Source: Eledone cirrhosa
Lineage: Eukaryota
Direction of reading: 5' to 3'
Assembly: GCA_964016885.1 (NCBI GenBank)
Contig: OZ024741.1
Location: 196,416,001 to 196,480,000 of the forward strand
DNA length: 64,000 nucleotides
In this document: positions 1 through 13,140 of the stretch, one piece after another
Position numbering within the stretch: position 1 is the stretch's first letter
How the letters are laid out: the number at the start of each line of letters is the position of its first letter
Position numbers and translations under genes: made by a program
Notes under the pieces: generated by a model
Databases searched by the model: none
What the model was told of the DNA's origin: nothing
The model's input: the letters and a program-made list of their open reading frames with translations, nothing else

Positions 1-2149
1 AACCCAACTTTTTACTATACATATAGTATTCAGCTGTTAACAGCTACCCTTCACGCTGAGAATACTACAATTTTATGAATATATATATATAGAATGAGGA
101 AAAGGCAAAGTTGTAGATGTGTCCTTTATTAATAAAGCTGTGATATATATTTCAATGACAATCATGGTCACTTGATTATGTAGCCATTCTCGTGATCTCA
201 TCAGACAGCAACATTGAATAAAAGGTTACATTTCCGAGACATTCCAAGATGCAAGGGAACAGACAAAAAATTATGTTTTTGTTAGGGTTGCCCATTCCCT
301 TGTGAGCTTCTGAACATCCCCACAGAATTCTGTGTTTGGGTGTGTGTGTCACTACCGCCTGTTTATGGTGGGACAATAGACTGACCATTAACTGCAAAGT
401 GAGAATATAACTTAATGTTATGGTTAATATAATTTCACATTGGAAAATAAAATTAAGGATTAAAAATTAAAAGTTAGAAATTAAAAAAAAAACTTAAGAC
501 TTCCTAATCATCAGTTGAATATAATACCAAACAGTTTGATGTGTATATTAATGATAGAAATTGGGTTCAAAATTGGATATTAAATGTTGATAGCTAGTGA
601 TTAATAATTGACTGTTATATGAAATATCTATGGGAGAGATAGCCTATTAATTTACTCTGAAGCCAGACTACAAAAAACTGGCATCATAACGAAAAATGTC
701 AGGTGAATTTATATATATATATAGAATGTAATGATTAAACAATAACATAGTTGATATCCCAGTCAATCCAGTAAAGACAAATAAGAATATTTATAGAAGG
801 AAAATGTCAGAAAAGGTATAAAGAAGAAAAGAAAAAAAGGAAAAATATGGGGAAAATGTCAGTGGGCATAAGAAAGAGGTGACAGATTATAAAGTGCATT
901 TATTTTTTTCTTTATAATTACTTTTTCCTTTTTTCTTTTACATTTGTATGTCTGTATAATGTAATAACACACACATATTTATATATGGAGAGGGAGGAAG
1001 AGGTAGACAGGCAGACATATGACCCTGTTGGCAGTGAAAGCCAACTTCTAACATGAATGAAAACAAAATTCTAGGACAATTTCTTTAGATTTTTTTATTT
1101 TTTTACTCCCATTATAATATAGAATATAATATATAACTATAGGAATGCAGTATTTAATTATTTCTCTTTATATTCTGAAGACAGAAGACCCGCCTTCCCT
1201 ATGTACAAAGTTAAACCTACAGTCAGTAGGCACCTCTTAATCAAATATACACTCCAACCCATTAATCCTACTCCATCGTCCCACTCCCACCAACACCACC
1301 CTTTCTCTGTAAAGTTATGTTGGTACCACAGAACATCCAGTCCACACTAAAGTAGTCGTGTAGGAGACACAGTAAAAAGGCTCCCAGTCCACACTGTAAA
1401 TATGGTTTGTGTTAGGAAGGGCATCCAGCTGTAGAAAACCTGCCAGATACAGTCCTATATGAGCGAGACAATCTTGCCTCAAGTGGGACAATTCCCATCT
1501 GACCTATGCTAGCGTGGAAGATAGACATTAAATGATGATGATGTTGATGATGTTGATGGTTCTGAGTTCCACTGAAGTCAATTTTGTTTTCCATCCTTCT
1601 GGAGGTCAGTAAAATTAATACCAGTTAAATATTGAAGCCAATATGATCAACTATATTTCCTTCCTAATCTGTCCCTTGTGCCTGTTACTAGAAATCAATA
1701 TATGACAGGTGGATGTTCTTTATTTTATAAAGAAACCATGCTTCAGTGAAATTTTGCTATTGTATGCAGCTATTGTATATTTTCATATTACATTTAATAT
1801 TTGTCCTTTCCAACTCAAATTTACCACAACCTCATTCTCAGCTATAAAGGGGCAAACAAATAGCAAACTACCCCTCTTAGTTCTCACCATACCATAAATG
1901 ATGGTCATCAAGTGACTGCTAGCTGTGACTAGCCATTTTTGGCCAATCAGAAACCTGTCATGGTTCTATTCCCTTACTCTCACGCATTCACTTCACATGT
2001 ATCTTCAGCCTGTCCTTTTTTTCATGTTTACAGGCTCATTACACAACACAATTTACTCAGACATCACGTAGTGTACAAACTTTGCTTATTTCCACTAGGC
2101 AAAGACGAAAGTCTTAATAAGTAGGAAAGAAAATAGGAAAGTGATACTA

Positions 2150-3570
2150 TCAGGAAAGTGACCTTGTTCAATATGTCAGAAAGAGATGGGCTATAATTCC
2201 ATAAGTTGCACAAGAGATGTAGTAGGATTGCAGGCAGACTAACAGAAAAGATAGACTTTATATGTGGCAGATGCCAGGGAAGCTCCCTTGAAGTAATTGA
2301 CAGCTTTTGTTACCTAGGCAATCAAATTAGTAGTGGGGAAGGATGCACAGAAAATGTGATAGCTAGGATAAGAACAAGCTGGATGAAGTTAGGAGAGCTG
2401 TTGCTGACAACAAAGGGCTTTTCTCTCAGAGTGAAGGGTAGACTGTATGAAACCTGTGTGCAAACTGCAATATACATGGCAATGAAACACGTGCCTTGAC
2501 TGTGAGCAGCTTGGCATAAGAGGAATTGGATGTAGTGTGCAAGAGAATGGATATGTACTATGTATGGAAGATCGCAGCTGCATAAAGAAATGCAGAGAAA
2601 CCCCAGTAACAGGCTCAGGAAGACATAGGATAAGTTTGTGAAGACCACCTTAAAACACTAAACCTCATAACAGAAATGACAAAGATTGCAGGGGGCTGGC
2701 GCTATTCTGTGCTGATGAAGACCCAACTAACAGCATACAATGTGGCTTAACTAATCCCTCTCTCTTCCACAGGCACTCCCTAACAGCTATTTCTTACCAA
2801 CACCCCTTAGCTGCTCCCTCCTCCAAAGCCTCTCCTAGACTCCCTCACTAGTTGCATTCTAGTAACCACTCTCCTCACTCTTAAGCACCCCACTCATTCC
2901 CCCTCCACTAGCACTCCCTGGCAGCTTGCCTCCTTGTCACTACACATCCCTACTCCATCCATAACTCCTCCTGTACACATCCCTTAGCTGTTGTCTCCCC
3001 TCCCCTAAAAGCCCTTAGATACCCCACTATCACACCCTAGTAGCTACTCTCTGCACCTTGCCCATTCCACCTCCACTATCACTCCTTAGTTATTCACTAA
3101 ACCTCCCCTTTCCGGCACTGGTGAGTGCCACCCCGTGTTGGTGGTCTACACAAACACATCCAGTAATGCTGTAAAGTGGTTGGTGATAGGAAGGGCACAC
3201 AGCCACAGAAAGTTTGCCAAACAAAGGGTTGGGAGGAGCCTTCAGTTGTGCCAAGAATAAAATGGCCTCCTCAATGTTGGTGGTTTACATGATAATCACA
3301 CCCAGAACACACTGTAAAATGGTTGGTGAAGGGCATCCAGCTGTAGAAAGCTTGCCAAACAAAAGGTTGGGAGGACCTGTCAATTGTGCCAAAGACTTGA
3401 CAACCTCTCCTGTGCACTTGGTAGAACTTGAGGCCATACATAAGCAAGATGCAGATCCCCAACCTGTCAGAAGTCAGTAGCCCTGCTTCAGTACTGACTT
3501 GATCAATGTAGACCCATCCAACCCTTGCTAGCAGGGAAAGTGGACATTAAAACAATGATGGTGATGATAA
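2150..3570 (+). mobile_element. Decayed 5'-truncated RTE LINE with 3' UTR
   Basis: HKRCS..C.RC...DSFCYLGNQIS...KGRLYETCV remnants, a pyrimidine-rich stretch, then the gaagggcatccagctgtagaaa...ggacattaa(gat)n tail. Confidence 0.75.
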
Positions 3571-4842
3571 CACAAACACCTTGTAGTTGATTGTATTGCT
3601 GTTTCAACTTATAATTATTCTTCTGTTAACATAAATCATCAGAAGATTTGAATGACATTTCAAATCTCAGACTGTCAAATAATTCTCTCTGTACTTGATA
3701 GGTGCCTTCATTTTCCTGTTCATTTTTTATCAATATCAATATCAAAATTTAGAGAGTATGTATGAAATTTTGATGAGAGCTTAAAATGTGTTAACCACAT
3801 GTTCTTGGGTATAACCCAGTTTACCCAAATTAGCTTCACTTGAAACAAACCACAATTTAGTCCTCATAGCCAATATACATTGAATCATGTTCAGTATTAT
3901 CTTTCAACTCAACATTTTTTTTACATTCTCTCTTATAGTAAAATCTTCATCATAATGTTATTTAGGAAATTTTTGTCAATGTTCTAAATATCAGTTTACT
4001 AAAAAAACTGTTATTTTATTAAATTCTTCCAGATGTTTTGGTTATTTTCAAAATTATTTAAAACACATAGGCAGTATGTTTGTGAAAGGGTTAAATAATA
4101 CCCAGTAAGGATTTAGAAGAAATTATCTAAAAATGTTTGTAGTATTTTTACAAGTGAATAGATCACTGTGAAAATTTGTAATATTAGGGTAAAGACTTTA
4201 ATTTTCAGTGTGGTGCAATCAAGAATGTTTTTGTTAATGGTACAGGACGTTAAGGTGGAGTAGTGTATCACCTCCCTTCATCCATCTCTGTGAGCCAGAC
4301 TTGGGTTGCCTCAAGCTTTACCAGTTCATTCCTTGCTGTTATTCACCCATTTTTTTCTTTGAACATTGTTGCTTTCTTTTCCTTGGAAGATGATCTTGAC
4401 CATACCATCTCAATTTTCTTTCCTTTACGGTGGTTAGCAAGCCTTTGTAGTTGCCCAGACGTTGCCTGATTGCTGTATAGGAGATGCCCATGGTTTTTCT
4501 GTGGCATCACAACTTGTTTAATAATCTTGCTTATTATTTATGATATTTAATTCTTAACATCCTGTATCACATGAAACTGCATTAACACATTCTTGAAAAG
4601 TGTAAAACAGCATTATGACTGCATCATATTGAAAATTAAAGTCTTTGCTTTAGTTTACTGCAAGTTTTCACTTGATAAAGATACTACAAATGTTTGAATT
4701 AACAAACCCATCTTTGATATTTTCTGCTAAAATCATTACAGGACATGAACAGCTAAATGAAACATAACATTTTTGCTGTGACATCATTACAACTCACTTA
4801 TCTGGGGTGGGTGTAGTGGAGTTGCGACTGGTAGATAGTATC

Positions 4843-4848
<6 letters not shown>

Positions 4849-4929
<81 letters not shown>

Positions 4930-4961
4930 CCCCTCTCCCTCTCCCCCTCTCTCTCTCTCTC
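4849..4961. repeat. (CT)n microsatellite
   Basis: Long uninterrupted ctct run, degenerate at the 3' end. Confidence 0.98.
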
Positions 4962-4969
4962 AGACCAAG

Positions 4970-5130
4970 GAAGCAATGTTTCTATTGCTGATACTGTCTA
5001 CCAGACACAACTTCTGACAGAAAGACCAACACAATATAAAGTGTCTTGTTCAAGGACATAACGCATTGCCCAGTCTGGGAATCAAACTCGAAACCTTACA
5101 ATTGCGGACCCAATTCTCTATCCACTAATA
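4970..5130 (-). mobile_element. tRNA-derived SINE fragment
   Basis: aaagtgtcttgttcaaggacataacgcattgcccagtctggg is shared with the SINE at 27541 and 18256. Confidence 0.7.
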
Positions 5131-5682
5131 TCATATATATAGGAAGGCAACATAATTTGACTAAATATATGCACCATATTTGCTGGCCTATTGGACACCC
5201 CTTCATATAAGATGCCCCCTGGTTTTTCAAGGACATTTTGAGGGAAAAATAATTTTAGTTCCATTCTTCATAAATTTATAAAAATTATTTCAATGTTTTC
5301 TCAGAAACTCTTATATCAGTTCAACAACATTTTGCTTATATAAACTGTATTGTATTACTGTATTAGTAAAACAAATAGTAATACAAACTAAGTTTTGTTA
5401 ACCATGATTGTCCTCACTCTCTGTTCAGCCTCCTGTCGCCGATATGGGCATATTGGATGCAGGGAAGATTTTTTATATATTCAAAGAAAAAAAAACATTG
5501 CATCCAATAGGCCAACAAATGCGGTATATATATATATACACAAAAAGTAAACAAGACAGTATAATGAAGAAGTATATTAGTTTAACACTTGTTATAGTGG
5601 GAAATATATAATTTAATTACATTCACTCGTCTTTAAAGATTCGTTTAATTTTAATGAAACAATGTTTTCAATATATTTTCAG

Positions 5683-5848
5683 AGACTTTTTATATCGGAA
5701 GAATTCTATACATTTATCTCTCGTAGTATGTGGGGATCGTCTTGAAGAATCTGTTGTATTATTAAAATCTGCTGTTTTGCTGACACCTGGACCACTTGTT
5801 TTCCATTTGTTTGTGGAGGACAACCTCCAGAAGAATTTTCAGGACCAA
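5683..5848 (+). CDS. GXYLT1: Glucoside xylosyltransferase (GT8), first visible coding exon; upstream exon(s) not found in window
   Basis: ttttcag acceptor, gtataa donor; DFLYRKNSIHLSLVVCGDRLEESVVLLKSAVLLTPGPLVFHLFVEDNLQKNFQDQ matches the GXYLT N-terminal catalytic region (VVACGERLEET..MLKSA). GXYLT1 vs GXYLT2 cannot be separated in an invertebrate. Confidence 0.9.
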
Positions 5849-6002
5849 GTATAATAATTTTTTAGTGCTAGTCTAGTTTTGCATCACACCTATCACTTTT
5901 TACACTTTTGTTTGACCACTTTAGATGCTTTATCAGCCATATGCTATTACTAATAAATATGAATTTATGTAATTATATTAATTTGTATACATATCTTTTT
6001 AG

Positions 6003-6137
6003 CTTGACTTCTGGCCTGATTCATTCCGTAATAAAGTTTTCTACCGAATCTTTGCAATCCAATATCCGTCTGACCAAAACCGAGAAGAATGGTGGAAATT
6101 ATTCAAGCCGTGTGCATCACAACGTTTATTTCTTCCG
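6003..6137 (+). CDS. GXYLT1: GXYLT exon
   Basis: tttttag/gtaaat, phase 0-0, 135 nt; [45 protein letters not shown] contains the diagnostic [14 protein letters not shown]. This frame is not in the ORF track. Confidence 0.95.
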
Positions 6138-7786
6138 GTAAATAAACTATATCTATAATCTTTAGCAGTACACGGTTTTGTAATTTTTAATATTTTAACT
6201 AATCAATACTTCGCTTAGAAATAGTTTAACATCCATAAGTTCAGTTAGTCTGGTGTGGGAATCTAGCCAGATCATTTAGAGAGTGTTGCTTCTGATAGGA
6301 GCCTCTTGAAGTTGTGTTTGAGGATTCTGACTCCACAACCCTCTCAAGATAAGTGAGCAAAGAAGATAAAGAAGAATACTTACGAGTAGAGGACTTAAGA
6401 GATATCACTGCGACTAAAGTCCACAATGGATGGTTAAAGTTTAGTTATGTTATTTCTGTCTTTTTTTTTTCAGAAGGTAGTTTCACTATTTCTTTTGACT
6501 TAGCATAAAAACAATTGTTTGTGATGAAATGAACTTGATTCTGTTAATGTCTAAACACCCGTCAAAGATATTTTGGCAACCCTGGAAGAATAATAATTGA
6601 AGTTATTCCTATAGTTGATACTGGAAGAATTTGAACTCATTGAGAAATGAAAAAAAATACTGTAATGAGTAACCCCTATCATCTTTTTGAAGTCAATAAG
6701 TAAGTACCAGACAGGAGGATATTTGTAAAATACCCACCATCCACCACCTTGACAAGCCACTAACCTTTGTTGAACTTAGTGCTGCCATCAAAATCTTTGG
6801 ATCCTGTTGGAACATGGCAGCAGAGATATTAAAAAAAGCTTATTTCATTGATACAGCACATAGGTTACATTAGAATCATCATCAGCTTATATAAACTCAA
6901 TGGAGAGTATAGGGTGTAATTTCAGGAATATTAGACTGCTATTTCTCTTGTTTGCTTGATAACAACACAAAAGCCAATTCTGTCTGGTGTGAAGATCTAG
7001 GTCAGTGTCATTCTTAAAAGACTAATGCAACTAATACTAGACTATATCACTGCTGAGTGACAGTACAACTTCTTCAAAAACTAAGACAGTTGATATGATC
7101 TTTGTGACAAAACTTCTTCAAAAGAAATGCATAGAACAACATTAAGGCTGAGGCATAGTCAACATAATCTTCATTTCAAGGCAGAGAGCAACATTGGGCT
7201 CTGTGCATTACATTTATAGATCTGCAAGCTGTTTCTACATCTTAAACAGGAAACTTCTGTGGGTTGTTCTTAGAAAATTTAGTTATTTACCACCTTAACA
7301 GTATAATAGCAACAATTAGCCACAATCTTATGATTTAGTATATGAAAAAACTAAAAAATAACATCAGACAGAACTCTGCATCTTTTGAAAGGCTCAGAAA
7401 GATGGTCTTTCTAAAGAAACATTTCAATTTCCATACCAGGATTTTCATCTGCAGGGCAATTTGTGTTTAAAAGCTTCCAGTGCAAGCTGAAATCTGGTTG
7501 GCAATTAGGAAGGGCATACAACTAGAAAACCAAGCCAAAAACAGATTGTATGAGCAAAACATTGTCACATGACCTGTCTAACCTGAAAATGTGACAATCC
7601 ATCTAACAATGGAAAATAGACATTTAATGGTGGTAATGATATGAGTGCAAAACATGGACTACATACAGCCTACTCATCAATGATGATATATTTTAATTAA
7701 TTTCTCACATTTAACAAAGATCTGAATTGATAATGTTCCACATTATTATTTATGTATTTTTGTTTTCTTTCCCTCCTGTTTTACAG

Positions 7787-7979
7787 CATATCTTAACAGA
7801 TGTTGATTCCTTACTCTATGTTGATACAGATGTTTTATTCTTGAGTCCAGTCACAGCTATCTGGGAAATGTTTTACAATTTTTCTGAGTCACACACAACA
7901 GGATTGGCACCAGAGCATGAAGATGCTGGCACTGGATGGTACAACAGATTTGCTCAACATCCATATTTTAAACCTTTAG
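7787..7979 (+). CDS. GXYLT1: GXYLT exon with DXD motif
   Basis: ttacag/gtattt; HILTDVDSLLYVDTDVLFLSPV...GLAPEHE...GWYNRFAQHPYF; DTD metal-binding motif. Confidence 0.96.
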
Positions 7980-8650
7980 GTATTTTTTGTTTCTTGTTTT
8001 AATTTAGAGTATCAACCATCCACATAACATTGTTAGATTGAATATATTGGGGTGTATTTTATTATGGTATCAACACTAGGGAAGTTTTGATGCCATGTCA
8101 ATGACATAACAACCTCCCTAATGCAGATGCTACAATAAAATGCACCCAGTATTCTCTGTAGAGTAAAAATGAGATGTTGCCACCAGCCCTTTCTAAGAGG
8201 TCAGTAGCTCCAGTCAAGTACTGACTTAGTCTATGATGACCCACAGTGTCATCATTGACTAAGCTAGCAGGAAAAACAGGCACTAAATGATGATGTTTCT
8301 TAGTTATTTTCTATTAGAAAAATAAACATCACTGGTATATGAACTGATCACATGTCAAAAGATCATGTTTGGGTTGTTTTTTTTGTCAAAATAAAATTTT
8401 GTTTCTATTATTCATTGAGAAAGGCAGCAGACTGGCAGAATTGTTAAAGCATTGGACAAAATGCATTGTGGCATTTAGTTACAGCTCTTTACATCAAATT
8501 CCACCATGGTCAACTTTGCCTTTCTTCCTTCTGCGATCGACAAGTCAAGTACCAGTTATGTACTGAGGGTTGATATAATCGAATTGGTGGCCTTGTGCCT
8601 AAATTAAAAATCATTATTTATTCATTGAATATTGTTCCTTCTCTTCTAAG

Positions 8651-8800
8651 GTGTCAACTCAGGTGTTATGTTGATGAATCTGACAAGAATCAGAGGCACA
8701 AACTGGCAATCATTAATCATAGAATATTATAAGACTTATAGATATAAAATTGTTTATGGGGACCAAGACTTAGTCAATATCTATTTTCATTTTAATGCAG
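8651..8800 (+). CDS. GXYLT1: GXYLT exon
   Basis: ttctaag/gtaagt, phase 1-1; [15 protein letters not shown]...[14 protein letters not shown] carries the GT8 NSGVMLMNL and GDQD motifs. Confidence 0.96.
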
Positions 8801-9095
8801 GTAAGTACCTCTTTCGTATTATGATACTGTATTACTTTATTTATATTTTTGGAAATTATTTATATTTATTGTCATGTCATACTTTTAGGTGTTCTCTTAT
8901 TATATTAAAAAATCCCATGTATATAGGTACAAGCCTAGCTGAGTAGGTAAAGAGTTTACTTTCTAATCAGTTGGCTCTGGATGCAGTCCCCCTGCGTGGC
9001 ATCTTGGGCGATTATCTTCTACTACAACCTTGGGTTGACCAATGCATTGTGAGTGAAATTTTTTAGACAGAAACTGCAGATTGTGTATATATATA

Positions 9096-11088
9096 TCATC
9101 ATCATCATCAACACTGTTTTACGTTCATTCTTCCACACTACCATGGATTAGACGGGTTTTCCTGTTGTGGGCAGTAGCCGGAACTGATTCTGGCTTGATT
9201 TCTACAGCTGGATGCCCTTCCTAACACCAACCTCATTTACAGTGAGTGTTAGGTGCTTTTTTTCCATGGCGCCTACACCAACCTCATTTACAGTGTCGGC
9301 TGGGTGCTTTTTTGCAGTGGGAGGGTGTGGGGGCATATTGTCTATATGCTTCAGCTTCGGCTTGTACCCGTGGGGGGGTTGGGTCTTCTGTATTACTGCG
9401 TGACGCCAGAGGTCACGGTCATGTGTCATCGCCTTTGAGCGGTGTAATTGGGTAAGGTCAGCTTTTATCACCTCATCCCAGGTCTTCTTGGGTCTCCCCA
9501 CTCCGCGGCTTCCATCGACTTCTAGTGCTCTGCACCTTTTTATGCAGCTGTCATTCATACGCATCACATGTCCATACCAACGCAACCGCCTCTCCTGCAC
9601 ACAGCATTTGATTCCTCTTATACTCAGTCTCTCTCTCAATTCGTTTATGCTTTGCCGTTCGCGTATATTACTATTACACATCCATCGAAGCATGCAGGCT
9701 TCGTTTCTTTCTAATTTACGCAAGTCTTCCACAGACAACGCCCAGGTCTCACTACCATGTAACATTACTGTTCGTATACATGCATCATACAGTCTGCCTT
9801 TCATTTTGAAGGAAAAGCTTTTTGCAGCTAGCAGTGGCAGTAGCTCCCTGAACTTCTTCCATCCCGTTCTTACCCTAGTTATTGTACTTTCCGAACACCC
9901 ACCTCCTCTGCTAATTCGGTCACCTAGGTAGCAGAAGCTGTCTACTGTTTCTCCAGAGTTTGGTGGTGCTTGTTTCCTGTGGCTGTTTGCTGCTTGCTGT
10001 CCCAGCGCAGCTGCTACATGTGAAGTTTACATTCTTAGTTAAGCTTCCTGAGATCCCACTACATCTCTTGTGTACCCATTTTTTGCATTTGGTGCAGAGA
10101 ATGGAGTTCCTACCTACACCTTTCCTACATACTGAGCAAGACCATTTCCCTGAGGGGATCTGGGTTCTGTTTTCTCGTCTACTTACAAGAACCTTAGTCT
10201 TTGTCAGGTTGACTTTGAGACCCTTTCTTTCTAGTCCCTGCTGCCATGTTTGGAATTTCTTCTCTAGTTTTACCATAGATTCAACTATAAGTGCAAGGTC
10301 ATCTGCATACAGGAGTTCCCATGGGCATCCAGTCTTAAACTCTTCCGTTATTGCCTGCAAAACTATGATGAACAGGAGAGGGCTAAGAACAGAGCTGTGG
10401 TAGACACTGACCTGTATGCTAAATTCCTCGCTATAGTCATTGCTAACTCTAACTTTGCTGACTGCTCCCCTATACATGGCTTGTACAGCTTTCACAAGCC
10501 ATTCATCGACTCCTAGTTTTCTAAGAGCCCACCAGATTATAGCATGGGGGACTCTGTCGAAGGCTTTCTCCAGATCGATGAATGCCAGGTAGAGCGGTTG
10601 CCTTCCCCGTCTTCATATCTTTGATTGCCTTACTTAGGATGCTGTTGCTGACTTGTACTGCTGGCCCCTCTATAGGGTCTACTTGGGGTAGGGTCTCTTC
10701 CTCACATCTTTCTTCTCAGCACTTGTGAGGGCAAGCCCACCTTTATCATTCCGGATACACTTCTCTGCAATGACATCACAATTCTCTCTGACACACTGCC
10801 TCGCAATCTTGAACACCTCCTGTTTCTGGTCCTCATGTTGCAAAACATGCTTGAATTTTCTATCCTCTGCTTCCCTCCTAGCTAAGTATACTTGTCGCCT
10901 AGCTTCTCTCCTGGTCTCTATGTAATGTACCCTGCTTCCCCCGTTCTTCCATTCTTTCCATGCCTGTCTCTTAGCCTTAACTGCCTCATCTACCTTATTG
11001 TTCCACCACCAAGTCACTCTCCTCCTGCCTGCGCTCTTACTCCAGCCACATCTCATCCGTCGCCTTTAGTAAGTTATTTTTTAGGAAC
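9096..11088 (-). mobile_element. 5'-truncated, internally deleted RTE LINE in a GXYLT intron
   Basis: RT motifs LSPLLF, LLYADD, ERRLRWYGHVMRM, GRPKKTW; 3' UTR and (GAT)n tail at about 9100. Confidence 0.92.
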
Positions 11089-11093
11089 ACATC

Positions 11094-11208
11094 AAAAATT
11101 TAATATAGAAATGGATTCTACAGGACTAGAATTGTTTCATTCGTATGATGATTTCATACAAATGAAACAATTCTAGTCCTGTAGAAGGTATTTCTATATT
11201 AAATTTTT
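11094..11208. repeat. 115-bp near-perfect palindrome
   Basis: aaaaatttaatatagaaat..tctacaggactagaattgtttcatt.gtatga / 5-nt loop / reverse complement. Confidence 0.95.
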
Positions 11209-11361
11209 CACTCAACTAATGTATTGAGTACCTCATTCACTATGGTTACCCTTGATTTAACTTGGGATCTACATACATATATATATATATTTAAGAATAG
11301 GGAAGTAAGGTTCTATACAAAACAGTGGATATAGAGAAAAGGTGAAGTTGGAAATAGCATG

Positions 11362-12193
11362 GAAAATATATTTTAGGGACTGTTTTTCTTTTTTTATCCT
11401 TCCTTTGATTCGTCAAAGTGACTTTATTGAAAAGCTGACATTATTGAAAAAATGAGAGACAATTCTTTTAAAAAAGGTTTTATAATGTATATAAAGTGTT
11501 TTTTTTTTTTTATTATTCTAGGAATTTTTAGCTTTTGAGAATTTTCTGAATTTTTGGAAAAAAAATTTTAATTTCCCACTACAAAGGGACCTGTGACAAA
11601 CAGGCTGAACCCCCCCCCCCCACACACACGTGTGTATTGTTATATATACACACACACCACACAAAATAGGAGAGAAAAAATTACTCATTCCAGAAGTTAC
11701 TGTTGGAGAGACACCACTGATACTCACTTTATTCTGGCTTTTTTTTTTATTTTGAGAAAATATTTTGAATTTTAAAGATTTTTTTTTTAATTTCCCACCA
11801 GAAAGGGATCTGTGACAGACAGGTTGAAAAGAACACACACACCACAAAATAAGAGAGAATAAAAAATTACTCATTCCAGAAGTTCCTACTTGAGAACCAC
11901 TACTGATTCACTGCTTTTGTTTTTTTTTTAATTTTTGAAGTTTTTAAATTCTGAATTTTGAAGAAAATAATTTTTTTAATTTCCCACTACAAAGGGACCT
12001 GTGACAGACAGGCTAAAAAACGCACACACACACACACACCACAACCCCCCCCCCTCCCCACCACCACATGCACACGTGTGTGTATTGCTAAAGGGACCTG
12101 TGACAGACAGGCTGAAAAACACACACACAGACATGTGTGTATTGTTATATATACACCCTCACACTATACACACACTCCCTAAAACCATATTTC
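11362..12193. repeat. Unclassified element with internal direct sub-repeats and imperfect inverted ends
   Basis: aagggacctgtgacagacaggctgaa-like motif at about 11584, 11802, 11992 and 12090; ends gaaaatatattttaggga / tccctaaaaccatatttc. Confidence 0.5.
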
Positions 12194-12967
12194 AATAATA
12201 GAATTTCTTTTACAATCCTACTGCTGCCATAGCATTTGCCTCTAGCTTACAAATTCCCTATCCCCATTTGAACTCTTGACCAGTCAATAAACACAATCAG
12301 ATATACACACACATATTTACAGGTTGTTTCCTTTGCCCCCCCCCCCCCCCTCCCCCTCCCCCAAAAAACCAGCTTTGTTCTGTGAAGAAACACAACCATC
12401 AACACAGCTGCTACTATCTTCACTACCACCTCTCTATTAACAAGAACTCATTCTCTAGCCCACTTTTGAGCAAGAAAGATGAGAAAAAAACTTACTCCAA
12501 CACTTAATTTTAATTTTAAATCTTTAATTTTTAGTTTTTAACTCCTATTAATTCTTTTTAATACTCAACATTTGATAAGATGAATTTTAATAATACACCG
12601 AAACCGGCATATGAAATGTAAAATTCAACTAATTTAATTAACAGTAATCTAAATATTATTCATAAAAAGTACATTCTTTGCTTCATCGCTGGATATAATG
12701 GTAATTGCTTATCTGTTGGCACTATTTTCATTCATTAGCCCTTTTGATATGACCTTGCCTGAAGCCTCCCTAGTTTTATGAGGTATGCAATAATGAAATT
12801 TTAGTCCATAGTTTAAATTTTACTTTGAACATTTTCATAGAAATAGTTTTAGGCAAATTGATATTTACTGGGTTGATGTCACTATTCTATTTTCAGCTTC
12901 ATTTCTTTTGCTTGCATATAATTAGCAATTAATAACGATTCTAATGAGAATTATTGATATATTTCAG

Positions 12968-13140
12968 ATGAGTTATACATATTTGATTGTCAGTGGAATT
13001 ATCGGCCAGATCACTGTATGTATATGAGTGTATGTAAACCAGCAGAAGAAGAAGGAGCTGCAATTGTACATGGTTCTCGAAGAGTCATGCATAATGATCA
13101 ACAGCCAGCATTTAAATCAATTTATCGCACATTTAAAAAA
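12968..13140 (+). CDS. GXYLT1: GXYLT exon
   Basis: tttcag/gtaagt, phase 1-0; DELYIFDCQWNYRPDHCMYMSVCKPAEEEGAAIVHGSRRVMHNDQQPAFKSIYRTFKK contains CQWNYRPDHC. Confidence 0.96.

Noticed and set aside
4794-5061. ER-repeat and LS-repeat ORFs
   Set aside because: Translations of the (CT)n microsatellite
5849-6002. U12-type intron (gtat... donor)
   Set aside because: Donor is gtataat, not GTATCCTT; no U12 branch site seen
5908-6141. 77-aa ORF overlapping a GXYLT exon
   Set aside because: Wrong frame; the real exon 6003-6137 is in another frame
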